Shown: positions 35,018 through 44,795 of the stretch, piece by piece | Layout of the letters: each line of letters opens with the position of its first letter | How positions within the stretch are numbered: the stretch's first letter is position 1 | Assembly: GCA_005882775.1 (NCBI GenBank) | Contig: VBDY01000129.1 | Coordinates: forward strand, 1-59,319 | Reading direction: 5' to 3' | From: Chloroflexota bacterium | GTDB lineage: Bacteria > Chloroflexota > Dormibacteria > CF-121 | Length of the DNA stretch: 59,319 nt | Program-made: the position numbers and the translations under genes | Notes under the pieces: generated by a model | What the model was told of the DNA's origin: nothing | Databases searched by the model: none | What the model saw: the letters and a program-made list of their open reading frames with translations, nothing else

Positions 35018-35018
35018 G

Positions 35019-35717
35019 TTAGAACAGGTGAGTCAGCCAGCGCCGCAGCGGCTTCGGGCCTGACGGCTCGCGATACGCGGGCAGCAGTGCAGCCACCGAC
35101 GCGTGCGCCTGCGCCACCAGGCCTTCGACCGTCTGGTCCTGCGCTTGCAATGACTCGCCGATGATCACCCGCACGGCCTTGCGAAACCAGAGGTCTTTCG
35201 TGCCCGACAGCGCCACTGGCACGACCGGGACCTGGTTGTCGATCGCCCAGTGGGCGAAGCCTTTCTTGAAGGGGAGCAACCGTCCCTCATCGGTGCCATC
35301 CGTCGTCCCCTCCGGAAAGAGGGCCACCACTCCACCGCGCTGCAGGCAGTGGTCGACGTGCTCGAAGAGCCTGGCATCACCGTGCAGCTGCTTGTTGACC
35401 GGGACGTAGCCGCCGACGGCCCGGACGATCAACCACTGCACCCGGCGGGTGCGCAGGATGGTGGTGTCGCCCAGAAAATGCACCCGGGGCTCGGTGCGGA
35501 AGCTGGCCAGGATCAGGAAGGGATCCAGCCAGCCGAGGTGGTTGGCGATGATGATGAAGTTTCCGCGCGACGGTACCTTCTCCCGGCCCTCGACCTGGAT
35601 CCGGAACAGCAGATGCAGGAGCGGCTGCGCCCAGAGCCGCACGAAGCGAAATCCGAGAGTCGCCTTCCGGCCCACGGGAAGCAGGTCAGCCGGCGGCGGA
35701 GGGACGGTTTCCTTCAT
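35019..35717 (-). CDS. Lysophospholipid (1-acyl-sn-glycerol-3-phosphate) acyltransferase
   Basis: NHLGWLD, FPEGT, PFKKG. Confidence 0.9.
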   Translation of the reverse strand: MKETVPPPPADLLPVGRKATLGFRFVRLWAQPLLHLLFRIQVEGREKVPSRGNFIIIANHLGWLDPFLILASFRTEPRVHFLGDTTILRTRRVQWLIVRAVGGYVPVNKQLHGDARLFEHVDHCLQRGGVVALFPEGTTDGTDEGRLLPFKKGFAHWAIDNQVPVVPVALSGTKDLWFRKAVRVIIGESLQAQDQTVEGLVAQAHASVAALLPAYREPSGPKPLRRWLTHLF

Positions 35718-35775
35718 TGGTTGGCTCCAACCGATGCGTACAACGGCAGAGCCGGCCAAACCGTATCAGGTCGGG

Positions 35776-37353
35776 CTATCGGACGGCGGTTCCCTGCGCC
35801 TCCAGGATGCCCAGCACCATTCCCTCACTGAGCTCGCGTGCTTGCCGGAAGCTGGCAGCGGCGGTAGCCTCGGTCGCGGTCTGTCCCTCGCCGAGCAGCC
35901 GGTTCAGCTCTTCGTCGAACAGGCGTGAGACGAGCTCGGGATCGTGCACCTGCTCACCACCCTGAGCACCAGGCACCCTGACCCGATGCAGGACTCGCTG
36001 GGCGATCATGTAGCGGTAGATCCGGTCGGTGGCGAGGTCTTCCATGTATCCGTCCAGAAGGCTGGCGCCCTTTCCATTGAGCACGCCGTTGCGGTATCGA
36101 ATCACGGTGCGCACCGCAGCCCGAGTGCCGTCGAGCGTCTTTTTGCCGACTCCCTCAGGACGCGGACGCAAATCGCGGTGAAGATCCACGTTCGCACGGC
36201 GAGCCTGCAGCTGGTTGGGATAGGGGAACTGGTTGACCGCGATCTCGTTCTGGTCCGGGTGGCCGGTCCAGGCGCCGTCCATCAGGCTGTTCGCCTCGTT
36301 CTTCTTGTCCTGCTCGAGCACCTTCAGCGCCCGGGCGTTCAGCTCGGCGTCCTCGCGGCTCGGGTAGAGAGCGGTCATCCCGCCGATGGCGAGCATCCCG
36401 TGCTTGTGGCAGACCTCGGGCATGACTTCGCGGATCGCCTGGAAGAACGCCACGTCGTGCGGGATCGTGTTGCGGTCGGGTAGCACCCAGCCAGGGTCGC
36501 GCAGCAGGAATTCGATCAGGCTCGCCATGTAGTCCCAGCGACCCAGGTTCAGCCCCATGACATGGTCGCGGAGGTTGAAAGCGAATTCCTCCATCTGATA
36601 CGCGATCGGATGTGACTCGATCAGCGCCATGCATTTGATGTAGTCGGAGGGCCAGCCACGGGCGGCACTGATCGATCGGAAGACATCCCGCCACCAGAGC
36701 GCCTCCTCGGCGGACTCGGACTTGGGGATGTAAATCGAGAGCGGGTGCTTGAGCCCGTGGGGATCGACCTGGAAGGCCACCATGGCCAGGTCGAAGAGGG
36801 ATGCCGAGGTCAGCTCGCCCTTGATCACCCCGGCCTGCTGGAGGTGAAGCCCTCGAGGCCGGGTAAGGATCACTGTTTTGCTCTCGCTGATGCCGACCTT
36901 GCGGTCGCGCTTGCGGTCCTCGTAAGTGAGCGTGCCTTTGAGAGCCTCGATGATGTTGCGCATGCCCGCCAGGATGTTGTCCCAGGCGTTGGCCACCGAG
37001 TCCTCCAGGTCGAGCATCACTCCCGGGGCCCCCGAGTTCAGCATCTTCACGACCAGCTCACCGTCGTCGGCCGGTCCGGTCATCTGGTTGCGCTGGTCCT
37101 GGCACCACCCGGGCAGGGTGATCTTCCAGCTGGACGTGGTCGCTTCGGAGGGCGGCAGGTAGTCTGGAAGCTGGCCGGCGTGCGCCCTCCGCAGCACTTC
37201 CTTGCGTTGGGCGGCCAGGGCCTGCTGGCGCGGAGCGAACTCACGATGCAACCCCTGGAAGAAATCGAAAAACCCGCCGGGCAGGTCCTGCTTCGGGTCC
37301 AGGTTCGCCGGCGCATGGTTCACCGGTGGATCTACAGGGATGATGGTCTTCAA
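35776..37353 (-). CDS. aceB: Malate synthase (MSA-type)
   Basis: TGP, LNSGA..MLDLEDS, RPRGLH, YIPK, GLNLGRWDY, AIGGM, DGAWTGHP, MEDLAT. Confidence 0.85.
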   Translation of the reverse strand: MKTIIPVDPPVNHAPANLDPKQDLPGGFFDFFQGLHREFAPRQQALAAQRKEVLRRAHAGQLPDYLPPSEATTSSWKITLPGWCQDQRNQMTGPADDGELVVKMLNSGAPGVMLDLEDSVANAWDNILAGMRNIIEALKGTLTYEDRKRDRKVGISESKTVILTRPRGLHLQQAGVIKGELTSASLFDLAMVAFQVDPHGLKHPLSIYIPKSESAEEALWWRDVFRSISAARGWPSDYIKCMALIESHPIAYQMEEFAFNLRDHVMGLNLGRWDYMASLIEFLLRDPGWVLPDRNTIPHDVAFFQAIREVMPEVCHKHGMLAIGGMTALYPSREDAELNARALKVLEQDKKNEANSLMDGAWTGHPDQNEIAVNQFPYPNQLQARRANVDLHRDLRPRPEGVGKKTLDGTRAAVRTVIRYRNGVLNGKGASLLDGYMEDLATDRIYRYMIAQRVLHRVRVPGAQGGEQVHDPELVSRLFDEELNRLLGEGQTATEATAAASFRQARELSEGMVLGILEAQGTAVR

Positions 37354-37423
37354 CGTCCCTTCCTGGCTATGACTCTATCAGCCGAGCATCCGGTGGCCGA
37401 ACGTCCCGGACGGGGTCCCGGGG

Positions 37424-37744
37424 TTAGTGGCCGGCTTTGGGGGTCCGGCGCTCGCGCTCGCGGCGCTCGCCCCGGAGCGTGACCTGCACGGCGGTGCCCT
37501 TATAGATGTATCCGTGGGCTATCGCGTGCTTGATCTGGCGCCAGAACTCCTCTCTCAGCCAGCGGCGTTCGACCGTGAGTTCGACACCCGATAGGGTCAG
37601 GAATTCCGCAGTCATGGTGGCGTCTGTGTCGGGCCGCTGGGCCTGCCGGACCGCTTCCAGGTCCAGCCACGGCATCAGCCACTCGGTCGGAATCCGCAGC
37701 TCAGCCTGGGGCACCTCATCCTGGGCCTGGTGACGCATCGCCAT
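37424..37744 (-). CDS. Hypothetical protein
   Basis: 106 aa ORF filling the gap, co-oriented with its neighbours. Confidence 0.55.
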   Translation of the reverse strand: MAMRHQAQDEVPQAELRIPTEWLMPWLDLEAVRQAQRPDTDATMTAEFLTLSGVELTVERRWLREEFWRQIKHAIAHGYIYKGTAVQVTLRGERRERERRTPKAGH

Positions 37745-37818
37745 ATAGGAAGGAACCCCACGGGGGGTTCGATCTTGCTGAACCCTCCCGGAGGCCCGCC
37801 GGGACCTCGTGGGCCGGT

Positions 37819-40023
37819 CTAGCCGTCCTTTCTGGCCGCCCTGGGAGACGAGGCTGGGGGAGGGGTCCGGGCTGGGGCAACTCGCGGGTCGGTGGCCGCC
37901 TTGACCGGGCCCTCCGGGGCGATGGGAAAGCGGATCGTGAACCCGGTGCCCTGGTTCTCCTGGCTATCTACCGAGATCGTCCCGTGATGCCCTTCGACCA
38001 CCTGCCGGACCATGTAGAGACCGATACCGGTTCCTCCCACGTTCCGCAGCCGGGGATCGTCCACCCGGTAGAACTTTTCGAAGAGCCGGTTGATCGACCC
38101 GGCCGGGACCCCGATCCCATGGTCCGCCACCACGATCTCGACCTGGCCGTCGGCGCGGCGTGCGGATACCTCGACATCGGGCGGTCCCTGGCTGAACTTG
38201 GCCGCATTCTGCAACAGGTTGTCCAGGCTGGTGGCCAGCCTCTCCGCGTCGCCCTGGATCACCATCGGCTCCTTATCGAGGTCGAGGTGAATCCTGCCGT
38301 GGCGAAGGGTGAGCTGGGGCTGCACTCGGCTGACCGCCTCGCTGACGATCGGACCAACGTCGACCGGACGCATGTTGTAGGCGGGCCTGCCTTCCTCGAG
38401 CCGGGCCAGGAAGAGCATGCGCTCGACCATGGCACGCATTTCGCCGGACTTCTCGATCAAGGTCGCGAGGGCGGCGCGAGCCCGCTCCGGCAGCGGTCCC
38501 AGCGAGCCGTCCTCCAGCAGCGAGGCATATCCCCGGATCACGGTCAGGGGAGTACGCAGCTCGTGTGACGCGATCTGCATGAACTCCCGCCGGCTCCGCT
38601 CGAGCTCAGCCAGCTGGGATGCGCGCGTCCGCTCGTCTTCGAGTGCTCTCCTGGTCTCGAGGCTGATGGCTGCCTGGGCGGCGATCAGTTGTAACCGACC
38701 CAGCTGTTCGGGAGTCAACCAGTGCGGTCTCTTCCAGTGAAGCCCGACGAATCCGAGAAGTTCCCGGCCGCCGCGCATCGGCAGAAACACGCTTGTCTGC
38801 ACGCCGGCCCTTCGGGCGGTTTCCCGGGCCCATTCCGGCAACTTCGGGTCCGTCTGCGTATCGACCGCCTGCGCCGGCAGACGCGAATCCGCCAGCCACG
38901 CGACTTCGCGGGGGTCGAGCGGCTGATGGACCGCCTTGAAATTTTCCGAAGGATCAGGACCGATCGAGCCTCCCGCCCCGGCGATGTGGTAGCGCCTGTC
39001 GGCGGGATCCAGGATTCGCAGGCTGATCATGTCGGCCGCGGAGAGCTCGGTGAACGCGCGCACGATGCGCTGCGAGACCACTGACTCCTCTTCGCGAGCC
39101 GTCCCTGGCACGAGCGCCTCGAGCGCCGTCAGTGCCTGGATGGTCTGCTCCGCCTCCGAGTACTGCTCGGCATTCGTCAGTGCCAGCGCGGTCTGGGCGG
39201 CGATCGCTTCCATCAGTCGCTGGTCATCGTCCACCAGAGAATTGGGGCCGAGGTGAGAAAGGGTCATCACGCCGATCAAACGGTCGCCCGTGATCAGAGG
39301 CACGCTGAGCATGCTTTCCGCCGGGCGGCTGGCCCCGGGCGGGTAGAGGACCCGGGGGTCGCGGCTGGCGTCGGCCACCAGGACGGACCGCCGCCGCTGG
39401 GCGGCCAGCCCCGAGATTCCCTCGCCCAGCCCGGGCCTGAGTGTCTCCCACTCGATACCGGTGTAGGGCTTCGTCCGCGCCACCGACTTCACCAGGATCA
39501 GCCGCTCCGCGCGTTCATCCCAGCGGTAGAGCCGGAAGTGCTGGTAGTCGATCACCCGCAGCGTCTCATCGGCCACCGTCGCCAGGATGCGCTGCGCGTC
39601 CAGGCTCTGGCCGATCCGGGGGGAAACCTCTTCCAGTAGTTCCTTGCGCTTCTTTAGAGCCGCGGTCGAGGAAACGGTCAGGTGGATCACCTGTAGCACC
39701 ACGATCGCGGCAGCCACGGAGACCACGAGGCCGATGAAGTCACTGATCGAGGTGGTACCGAAGTGAGAGGACGGGGGAAGGAAGACGTAATCCATGAGGA
39801 TGGCGAAGACCGCGGTCGCCGCCAGGGCAGGCCCCCGGCCATACCGCCAGGCGACCAGCCCGATCACGAAGATCGTCAGCAGGGGATAGGCTTCGATCCT
39901 GATGTTCACGAGCGCCCCCCCTCCCAGCAGCACCAGGGTGGTGAGGCCAACGGCAAGGATGGCGAGCGCGTACGGATACAGCCGCGCCCAGAGTGCGGCG
40001 CGCCCTCCTGGGATGGTGGTCAC
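37819..40023 (-). CDS. Membrane sensor histidine kinase (DUF4118-like TM region, two GAF domains)
   Basis: Four TM segments, GAF motifs (GEGISG, SMLSVPL), SHELRTPL, NAAKFS, GTGIGL. Confidence 0.9.
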   Translation of the reverse strand: MTTIPGGRAALWARLYPYALAILAVGLTTLVLLGGGALVNIRIEAYPLLTIFVIGLVAWRYGRGPALAATAVFAILMDYVFLPPSSHFGTTSISDFIGLVVSVAAAIVVLQVIHLTVSSTAALKKRKELLEEVSPRIGQSLDAQRILATVADETLRVIDYQHFRLYRWDERAERLILVKSVARTKPYTGIEWETLRPGLGEGISGLAAQRRRSVLVADASRDPRVLYPPGASRPAESMLSVPLITGDRLIGVMTLSHLGPNSLVDDDQRLMEAIAAQTALALTNAEQYSEAEQTIQALTALEALVPGTAREEESVVSQRIVRAFTELSAADMISLRILDPADRRYHIAGAGGSIGPDPSENFKAVHQPLDPREVAWLADSRLPAQAVDTQTDPKLPEWARETARRAGVQTSVFLPMRGGRELLGFVGLHWKRPHWLTPEQLGRLQLIAAQAAISLETRRALEDERTRASQLAELERSRREFMQIASHELRTPLTVIRGYASLLEDGSLGPLPERARAALATLIEKSGEMRAMVERMLFLARLEEGRPAYNMRPVDVGPIVSEAVSRVQPQLTLRHGRIHLDLDKEPMVIQGDAERLATSLDNLLQNAAKFSQGPPDVEVSARRADGQVEIVVADHGIGVPAGSINRLFEKFYRVDDPRLRNVGGTGIGLYMVRQVVEGHHGTISVDSQENQGTGFTIRFPIAPEGPVKAATDPRVAPARTPPPASSPRAARKDG

Positions 40024-40451
40024 GCCGGCAGCGAAGCGATCCGATCCGCCAGCTGCTGGTCCTCCTCTGCGGACCGGCCGCTGATTCCGACGGCGCCGAT
40101 CACCGTCTCCCCACGCCGCACCGGCGTGCCGCCCGGGAAGAGGCTGAAGCGCGGGTCGCCGTAGACCAGGACGTCGCGGCCCTCGTCCTTGAGACGCTTG
40201 GCCAGCGCAGTGGTGCTGGAAGTGGTCCGGGCGGCCGTATAGGCCTTATTGGTCGCGATCGTCACCGACCGGACCGGGGCTCCGTCCATTCGGGAAAAAG
40301 CCACCAGGTCCCCGTTGTGGTCTGATACCGCGACCACCACCGGCTTGCCACCGTCGGTGGAGGCGATCCGAATGCCCTCGTCGACGATATGGCGGGCCTC
40401 GTTGAGGTCGATTGTGCTGATGGTGCGGATGACCCTATTGTTGGCCGCCAT
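40020..40451 (-). CDS. GlcG/HbpS family heme-binding protein (DUF336)
   Basis: VAVSDHNG.L..F.RMDGA, A.NKAYTA, GG.P....IGAVGISG...EDQ. Confidence 0.88.
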   Translation of the reverse strand: MAANNRVIRTISTIDLNEARHIVDEGIRIASTDGGKPVVVAVSDHNGDLVAFSRMDGAPVRSVTIATNKAYTAARTTSSTTALAKRLKDEGRDVLVYGDPRFSLFPGGTPVRRGETVIGAVGISGRSAEEDQQLADRIASLPA

Positions 40452-40557
40452 CGGCCTTGCTTGCAATCGCCGAGGATCAGCTTGACGGGCGCAACCCCCG
40501 GTCGCTAGCCTTGGAAGTCAGACTATCAGTAGATTTGACTATGGAGGTGATAGAGCT

Positions 40558-41088
40558 TTGAAGATTGCCTGCGTGCTCGAGAGCATGTTCGAGGATGCTG
40601 AGTTCCAGCAACCGTACGACGCGTTCCGTCAGGCCGGCAACCAGGTCACGATCATCGGGGTGCAGCCTGGCAAGGAGCTCAAGGGCAAGAAGGGCACCGT
40701 GACCACGAAGTCCGATAAGGGCATCGACGAGGTCACACCCGACCAGTTCGACGCGCTTTTCATCCCTGGCGGTTACTCACCGGACCAGCTCCGGAACAAC
40801 CCCAGGATGGTCCAGTTCACGAAAGCGTTCTTCGACCAGGACAAGCCCGTCCTGGCGATTTGCCACGGACCTCAGCTGCTGATCACGGCCAGGGTCGTGA
40901 AAGGACGCAAACTGACGGCCTGGTCCACCATCCAGGAGGACCTCCGCCAGGTGGGCGCCAACGTGGTCGACCAGGAGGTCGTGGTCGATGGAAACCTGGT
41001 GACCTCGCGTAAGCCGGAGGACATCCCGGCCTTCATCCGGGAGTCGTTGAAGATCCTGGAAAGGGTCCCGGCGCTCCGCAGCCGCTAA
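40558..41088 (+). CDS. PfpI/DJ-1 family (type 1 glutamine amidotransferase-like) stress protein
   Basis: FEDAE, IPGG..PD.LR, AICHGP, VVDGNLVTSR.P.D; SD GGAGGTG. Confidence 0.93.
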   Translation: MKIACVLESMFEDAEFQQPYDAFRQAGNQVTIIGVQPGKELKGKKGTVTTKSDKGIDEVTPDQFDALFIPGGYSPDQLRNNPRMVQFTKAFFDQDKPVLAICHGPQLLITARVVKGRKLTAWSTIQEDLRQVGANVVDQEVVVDGNLVTSRKPEDIPAFIRESLKILERVPALRSR

Positions 41089-41104
41089 GAAACCCCTCAC
41101 ACAC

Positions 41105-41139
41105 AGCTGGCGCCGGACACCCCCGGCGCCAGTTTTTTT
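41105..41139 (+). terminator. Rho-independent terminator
   Basis: CTGGCGCCGG-ACACCC-CCGGCGCCAG followed by T7. Confidence 0.85.
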
Positions 41140-41161
41140 CATAATCAGCCCCCTGGGACAT

Positions 41162-41803
41162 GTGCGGCGCATCCTGCTCTCGGCAGCCCCCATTGCGGTA
41201 GCGGTCCTGGTGTTCGGCGCCTCCTTTGGCGTGCTGGCGACGGTGGCGGGGCTCCCGGCCTGGGCCGCGATCCTGATGTCCGCGGTCGTCTTCGCCGGGT
41301 CCGCGCAGTTCGCCGCGATCGCAGTCATCGCCGGCGGAGGCGGTGTCCTGGCAGCCGTCATCACCGGAGCTCTGCTGAACCTCCGGTATCTTGCCACCGG
41401 GATCGCGGTGGCGCCGGTGCTCCCAGGAAACCGGCTGGCGCGGGCGCTTCTGGGTCAGCTCGTGGTTGACGAGAGCTATGCGCTGGGCGTGTCCGCCGGC
41501 ACCCGGGGCCGGCCGCACGGCTTGACGGTCGTGGTGGTAGGGGCACTTCTCTGGGTGGCCTGGGTAACCGGGACCGCGGTGGGCGCCGCGCTCGGACCCG
41601 TGATCGGGAACCCGACGCGATTTGGACTCGATGCCGCATTCCCGGCGTTGTTCGCAGCCTTGCTCATGCCCATGTTGCGCCAGCCGCGAGCGGTCCGGTG
41701 CGCGCTGGGCGGGGCGGTGGTCGCTCTTGCGCTGGCTCCCTTCACCCCCGCCGGGGTCCCGTTGGCCGGAGCCGCAGTGGTGGGGCTGTGGCTGGCCCGC
41801 TAG
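41162..41803 (+). CDS. azlC: AzlC family branched-chain amino acid exporter subunit
   Basis: MSAVVFAGSAQF, LLNLRYL, VDESYA, GLDAAFPALF. Confidence 0.88.
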   Translation: MRRILLSAAPIAVAVLVFGASFGVLATVAGLPAWAAILMSAVVFAGSAQFAAIAVIAGGGGVLAAVITGALLNLRYLATGIAVAPVLPGNRLARALLGQLVVDESYALGVSAGTRGRPHGLTVVVVGALLWVAWVTGTAVGAALGPVIGNPTRFGLDAAFPALFAALLMPMLRQPRAVRCALGGAVVALALAPFTPAGVPLAGAAVVGLWLAR

Positions 41804-42099
41804 CGCTCGGTCTGATCGCCGGGCTGGCGACATTGACCTTTGCCATGCGGGCGACCGGACCGCTGATGCCGCACATGCCGGCGGCGCTCACCGAGCGCAC
41901 CGCGGGCCTGGCGCCGGCGCTGATCGCGGCTCTGGTGGCGATCCAGCTGACCGCGGCCTCTGGCGTGCTCCGGCTGGACGTGAAAGCGCTGGCGGTCCTG
42001 GTGGCGGCAGTCCTCTCCTTCCTGCGCGTACCCCTGATCCTGTGCGTGGTCGCCGGCGCCGCGATCGCGGCGCTGGTGCGCGCCCTGGCCCACGTTTGA
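41788..42099 (+). CDS. azlD: AzlD family protein
   Basis: Small hydrophobic ORF overlapping the azlC end; TFAMR, APALIAALV. Confidence 0.78.
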   Translation: MAGPLALGLIAGLATLTFAMRATGPLMPHMPAALTERTAGLAPALIAALVAIQLTAASGVLRLDVKALAVLVAAVLSFLRVPLILCVVAGAAIAALVRALAHV

Positions 42100-42117
42100 G
42101 TAATCTATTCCGTCTCA

Positions 42118-42654
42118 ATGGACATCAGTGGAAAGCTGGTCAAGCTGCGTGCCTTTCGGCCGGCTGATGCGCAACCTATCACGGAGGCGCTCGCGGATCC
42201 CGAGATCGTGAGCAACCTGGCCAACTGGTCGTGGGGACCATACGGCCTCAACGACGCCCAGGAATTTCTCAGCCGCCGCGACCCGAGCCACCTTGCCTGG
42301 GCAATTGAATGCCTGGCCGACGGGACTCTGGTCGGGGCAACCGGGCTCCAGGAGATCGACGTGCGTAACCGCCATTGCGAGTGGGGCATCTGGATCGGTC
42401 CAAAGAGCCGCTGGGGACACGGCTACGGAAGCGAGGCCTGCCAGCTTGCCGTCGGCTTCGCCTTCCGTCAGCTCGGCATGGAGAAGGTTTGGCTATACGT
42501 TTACGAGGGCAACGACCGCGGGCGCCGCGCCTACGAGAAAGCCGGTTTCAAAGTCGAGGGCACCCTGCAGCGACACGTCTTCCAGAACGGGCGATTCATC
42601 ACGGTCCATCTGATGGCCGTCTTTAGCGACCACCCCCTCTACGCCGTCAGTTAG
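42118..42654 (+). CDS. GNAT (RimJ/RimL-type) acetyltransferase
   Basis: LRAF, EWGIWIG...WGHGYGSEA, N..GRRAYEKAGF..EG. Confidence 0.9.
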   Translation: MDISGKLVKLRAFRPADAQPITEALADPEIVSNLANWSWGPYGLNDAQEFLSRRDPSHLAWAIECLADGTLVGATGLQEIDVRNRHCEWGIWIGPKSRWGHGYGSEACQLAVGFAFRQLGMEKVWLYVYEGNDRGRRAYEKAGFKVEGTLQRHVFQNGRFITVHLMAVFSDHPLYAVS

Positions 42655-42660
42655 CCAGCC

Positions 42661-42981
42661 TTAGTCCCGGTCGACCGCGCGCTCGAGCTCCTCCCCGGAG
42701 GCTCGGGCCGACGCAGGCCCGAGCCGTGCCCGCCGGCCCAAAGCGCGCGTCGTAACGCGCGCAAGAGAGGCATACTCGGTTGGGGGCGGCTTGACTTAGC
42801 TGCCGGTCTCGATCGAGGTCGGGCTCGCTTCTTTAGCCTCGCCTGATCGGGCGCGCTCCTTGTTCACCGTCCGCGCAGCGATTTCCTCGGCCTTTTCCTC
42901 GCTATTACCTCCCTCGAGGAGTCCCTCCTTGATGTGCTCGTATTGGCGCTCCCGTTTCGGGCTCCAGGCTTTCTGCGGCAT
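42661..42981 (-). pseudogene. Interrupted small protein of the KRERQYEHIK family (often labelled plasmid stabilization protein)
   Basis: MPQKAWSPKRERQYEHIKE..AEEIAARTVNKERARSGE stops at TAA 42796; in-frame remnant ELERAVDRD* at 42661-42690 lies beyond a repeat copy. Confidence 0.55.
42696..42771 (-). repeat. 76-bp palindrome-rich repeat, copy 1
   Basis: Reverse complement matches 43037..43112 at 68 of 76 positions. Confidence 0.85.
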
Positions 42982-43036
42982 GTCAATCACCTCCTTACCC
43001 CTTCGTTTTATCAACTAGGTCCCTCCGGACAGAACC

Positions 43037-43112
43037 GCCTCAATTGCGCGCGATACGGCGCGCGCTTTGGGCCGGCGGGCACGGCTCGGGCCTGTATCGG
43101 CCCTCGCCTCCG
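43037..43112 (+). repeat. 76-bp palindrome-rich repeat, copy 2 (inverted)
   Basis: Shares core CGCGCGCTTTGGGCCGGCGGGCACGGCTCGGGCCTG with copy 1. Confidence 0.85.
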
Positions 43113-43155
43113 TCTTGACTTACCAGGCAGGCTCGACCATCATGTAGCGGACTTC

Positions 43156-44247
43156 TTGAGGCGAACGTCATACCCTACGTCTGGATACAGCCTCGGACAG
43201 CGCGGCGCGCGCGGGTCCCGACGTCTGCTGGCCCCCCGGAAGCGCAAAAAATCCCTGTTCAAGCCGGCGCTGGTCGCCGCCGCCTTCTTGGTGCTGGGCA
43301 TCCGGGCCATTACCCTGGCCCCGGCGCACGAGGAGCTGCGGGTGGTTGCGTCTACCGGGCCCCGGCTAGCGCCCAGCGCCACGGCGCGACCGGTGGCAAG
43401 CCAGCGGACCAGCCCGACCCTGCCGCCGACCGCGACCGCCCGTCCCCTGCCACCGATCAGGGTGCTCGCCTTCAGCACCAGCTGGATCAAGAAACACCCG
43501 ATCGCAGAGGTGCCCAGGATCAACGGTCGGGCCGCGATCGTGGTGGATGTCAGCAGCGGCCAGGTGCTTTACTGGCAGGCCGCCGCCAGCCGTTACCCGG
43601 AGGCGTCGCTGACCAAGATGATGACCGCCATGGTGGCAGACGACATCGCTCCCCTCGACCAGGTGATCACGGTCACTCGCGCCGCCACCCAGATTGAGCC
43701 CAACCACATGGGGATCAGCGCCGGCGAAAAGCTGACGCTGCAAGAGCTCCTCGACGGCATGCTGCTGGACTCCGGTAATGATGCCGCCGAGGCGGTGGCC
43801 CAGGGGGTCGTCGACCGCGACCGTTTCATCGACCTCATGAACCAGAAGGCGGCGGGCATGCGCCTGATCAACACCCGGTTCGCGAATCCCAGCGGGCTGG
43901 ACGACCCCAACCACTTCAGCTCCGCCTACGACCTGGCGGTGATGGCCGCCACCATCATCACCCAGTATCCCGATATCGCTCGAATCGTCAGCACCCGGCA
44001 GGTCAGCATTCCCGCGACCGCCACTCACAAGGCCTTCTCGCCTTACAACCTCGATCGCCTGCTCTCGTCGTACCCGGGGGCGATCGGTGTCAAGCCCGGT
44101 TACACCGGAGATGCCGGGTACTGCCTGGCCGCTGCCGCCACTCGCGGTGGGCGCACAATCGTGGCCGTGGTACTCGGTACCAATCAACACTTCACCGACG
44201 CCACCACCCTGCTCGACTTCGGCTTCAGACACCCCGTCACCCCGTAA
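43156..44247 (+). CDS. D-alanyl-D-alanine carboxypeptidase (S11)
   Basis: ASLTK, SGNDAA, NPSGLD, KPGYT; N-terminal TM; start placed at TTG 43156. Confidence 0.9.
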   Translation: MRRTSYPTSGYSLGQRGARGSRRLLAPRKRKKSLFKPALVAAAFLVLGIRAITLAPAHEELRVVASTGPRLAPSATARPVASQRTSPTLPPTATARPLPPIRVLAFSTSWIKKHPIAEVPRINGRAAIVVDVSSGQVLYWQAAASRYPEASLTKMMTAMVADDIAPLDQVITVTRAATQIEPNHMGISAGEKLTLQELLDGMLLDSGNDAAEAVAQGVVDRDRFIDLMNQKAAGMRLINTRFANPSGLDDPNHFSSAYDLAVMAATIITQYPDIARIVSTRQVSIPATATHKAFSPYNLDRLLSSYPGAIGVKPGYTGDAGYCLAAAATRGGRTIVAVVLGTNQHFTDATTLLDFGFRHPVTP

Positions 44248-44256
44248 CATCGGTCT

Positions 44257-44781
44257 GTGAGCTGGCTCACCTTGAGCGTTCCCTGGTGGGAGCTCGTCCT
44301 CCGCGCGGTGGTCATCTATGTGGTCTTCTTTATCGGCCTGCGCGTATTTGGAAAGCGCGAGCTCGGACAGTTCACCGTGTTCGACCTGGTTCTGATCCTG
44401 CTGATCGCCAATGCGCTTCAGCCCGCGATCACCGGCCCGGACAATTCGGTTACGGGCGGGGTGATCATCATCGCCACGCTGCTGCTCCTCAACCGCGGCG
44501 TGGCCATGGCCCGCAGCCGGTTTCCCGCATTCGATCGCCTGGTCGAACCCCCAGCGACGCCCATCATCGAGGACGGAAAGTGGATCGCAAAGGCAATGGA
44601 AAAAGAAGGGCTCAGCCAGGACGACGCCATGATGGCGCTTCGTGAGCATGGGGTTGCCAGGGTGGATGATGTTCGGCTGGCCTGCCTCGAGGAGGATGGA
44701 AGCATCAGCGTGGTGACCAAGGACGGGCAGGGAGCATCGCCGCGCCGGCGCCGCCGGGTCCGCTTTCTGCGCCGGAATTAG
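44257..44781 (+). CDS. DUF421/YetF membrane protein
   Basis: LRVFGKRELGQFTVFDLV, ALREHG, LEEDGSISV. Confidence 0.9.
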   Translation: MSWLTLSVPWWELVLRAVVIYVVFFIGLRVFGKRELGQFTVFDLVLILLIANALQPAITGPDNSVTGGVIIIATLLLLNRGVAMARSRFPAFDRLVEPPATPIIEDGKWIAKAMEKEGLSQDDAMMALREHGVARVDDVRLACLEEDGSISVVTKDGQGASPRRRRRVRFLRRN

Positions 44782-44795
44782 GCTGAGGCATCCGG

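Noticed and set aside
42934-43155. Long N-terminal extension of the D,D-carboxypeptidase
   Set aside because: It runs through repeat copy 2 and overlaps the opposite-strand gene; TTG 43156 is more plausible
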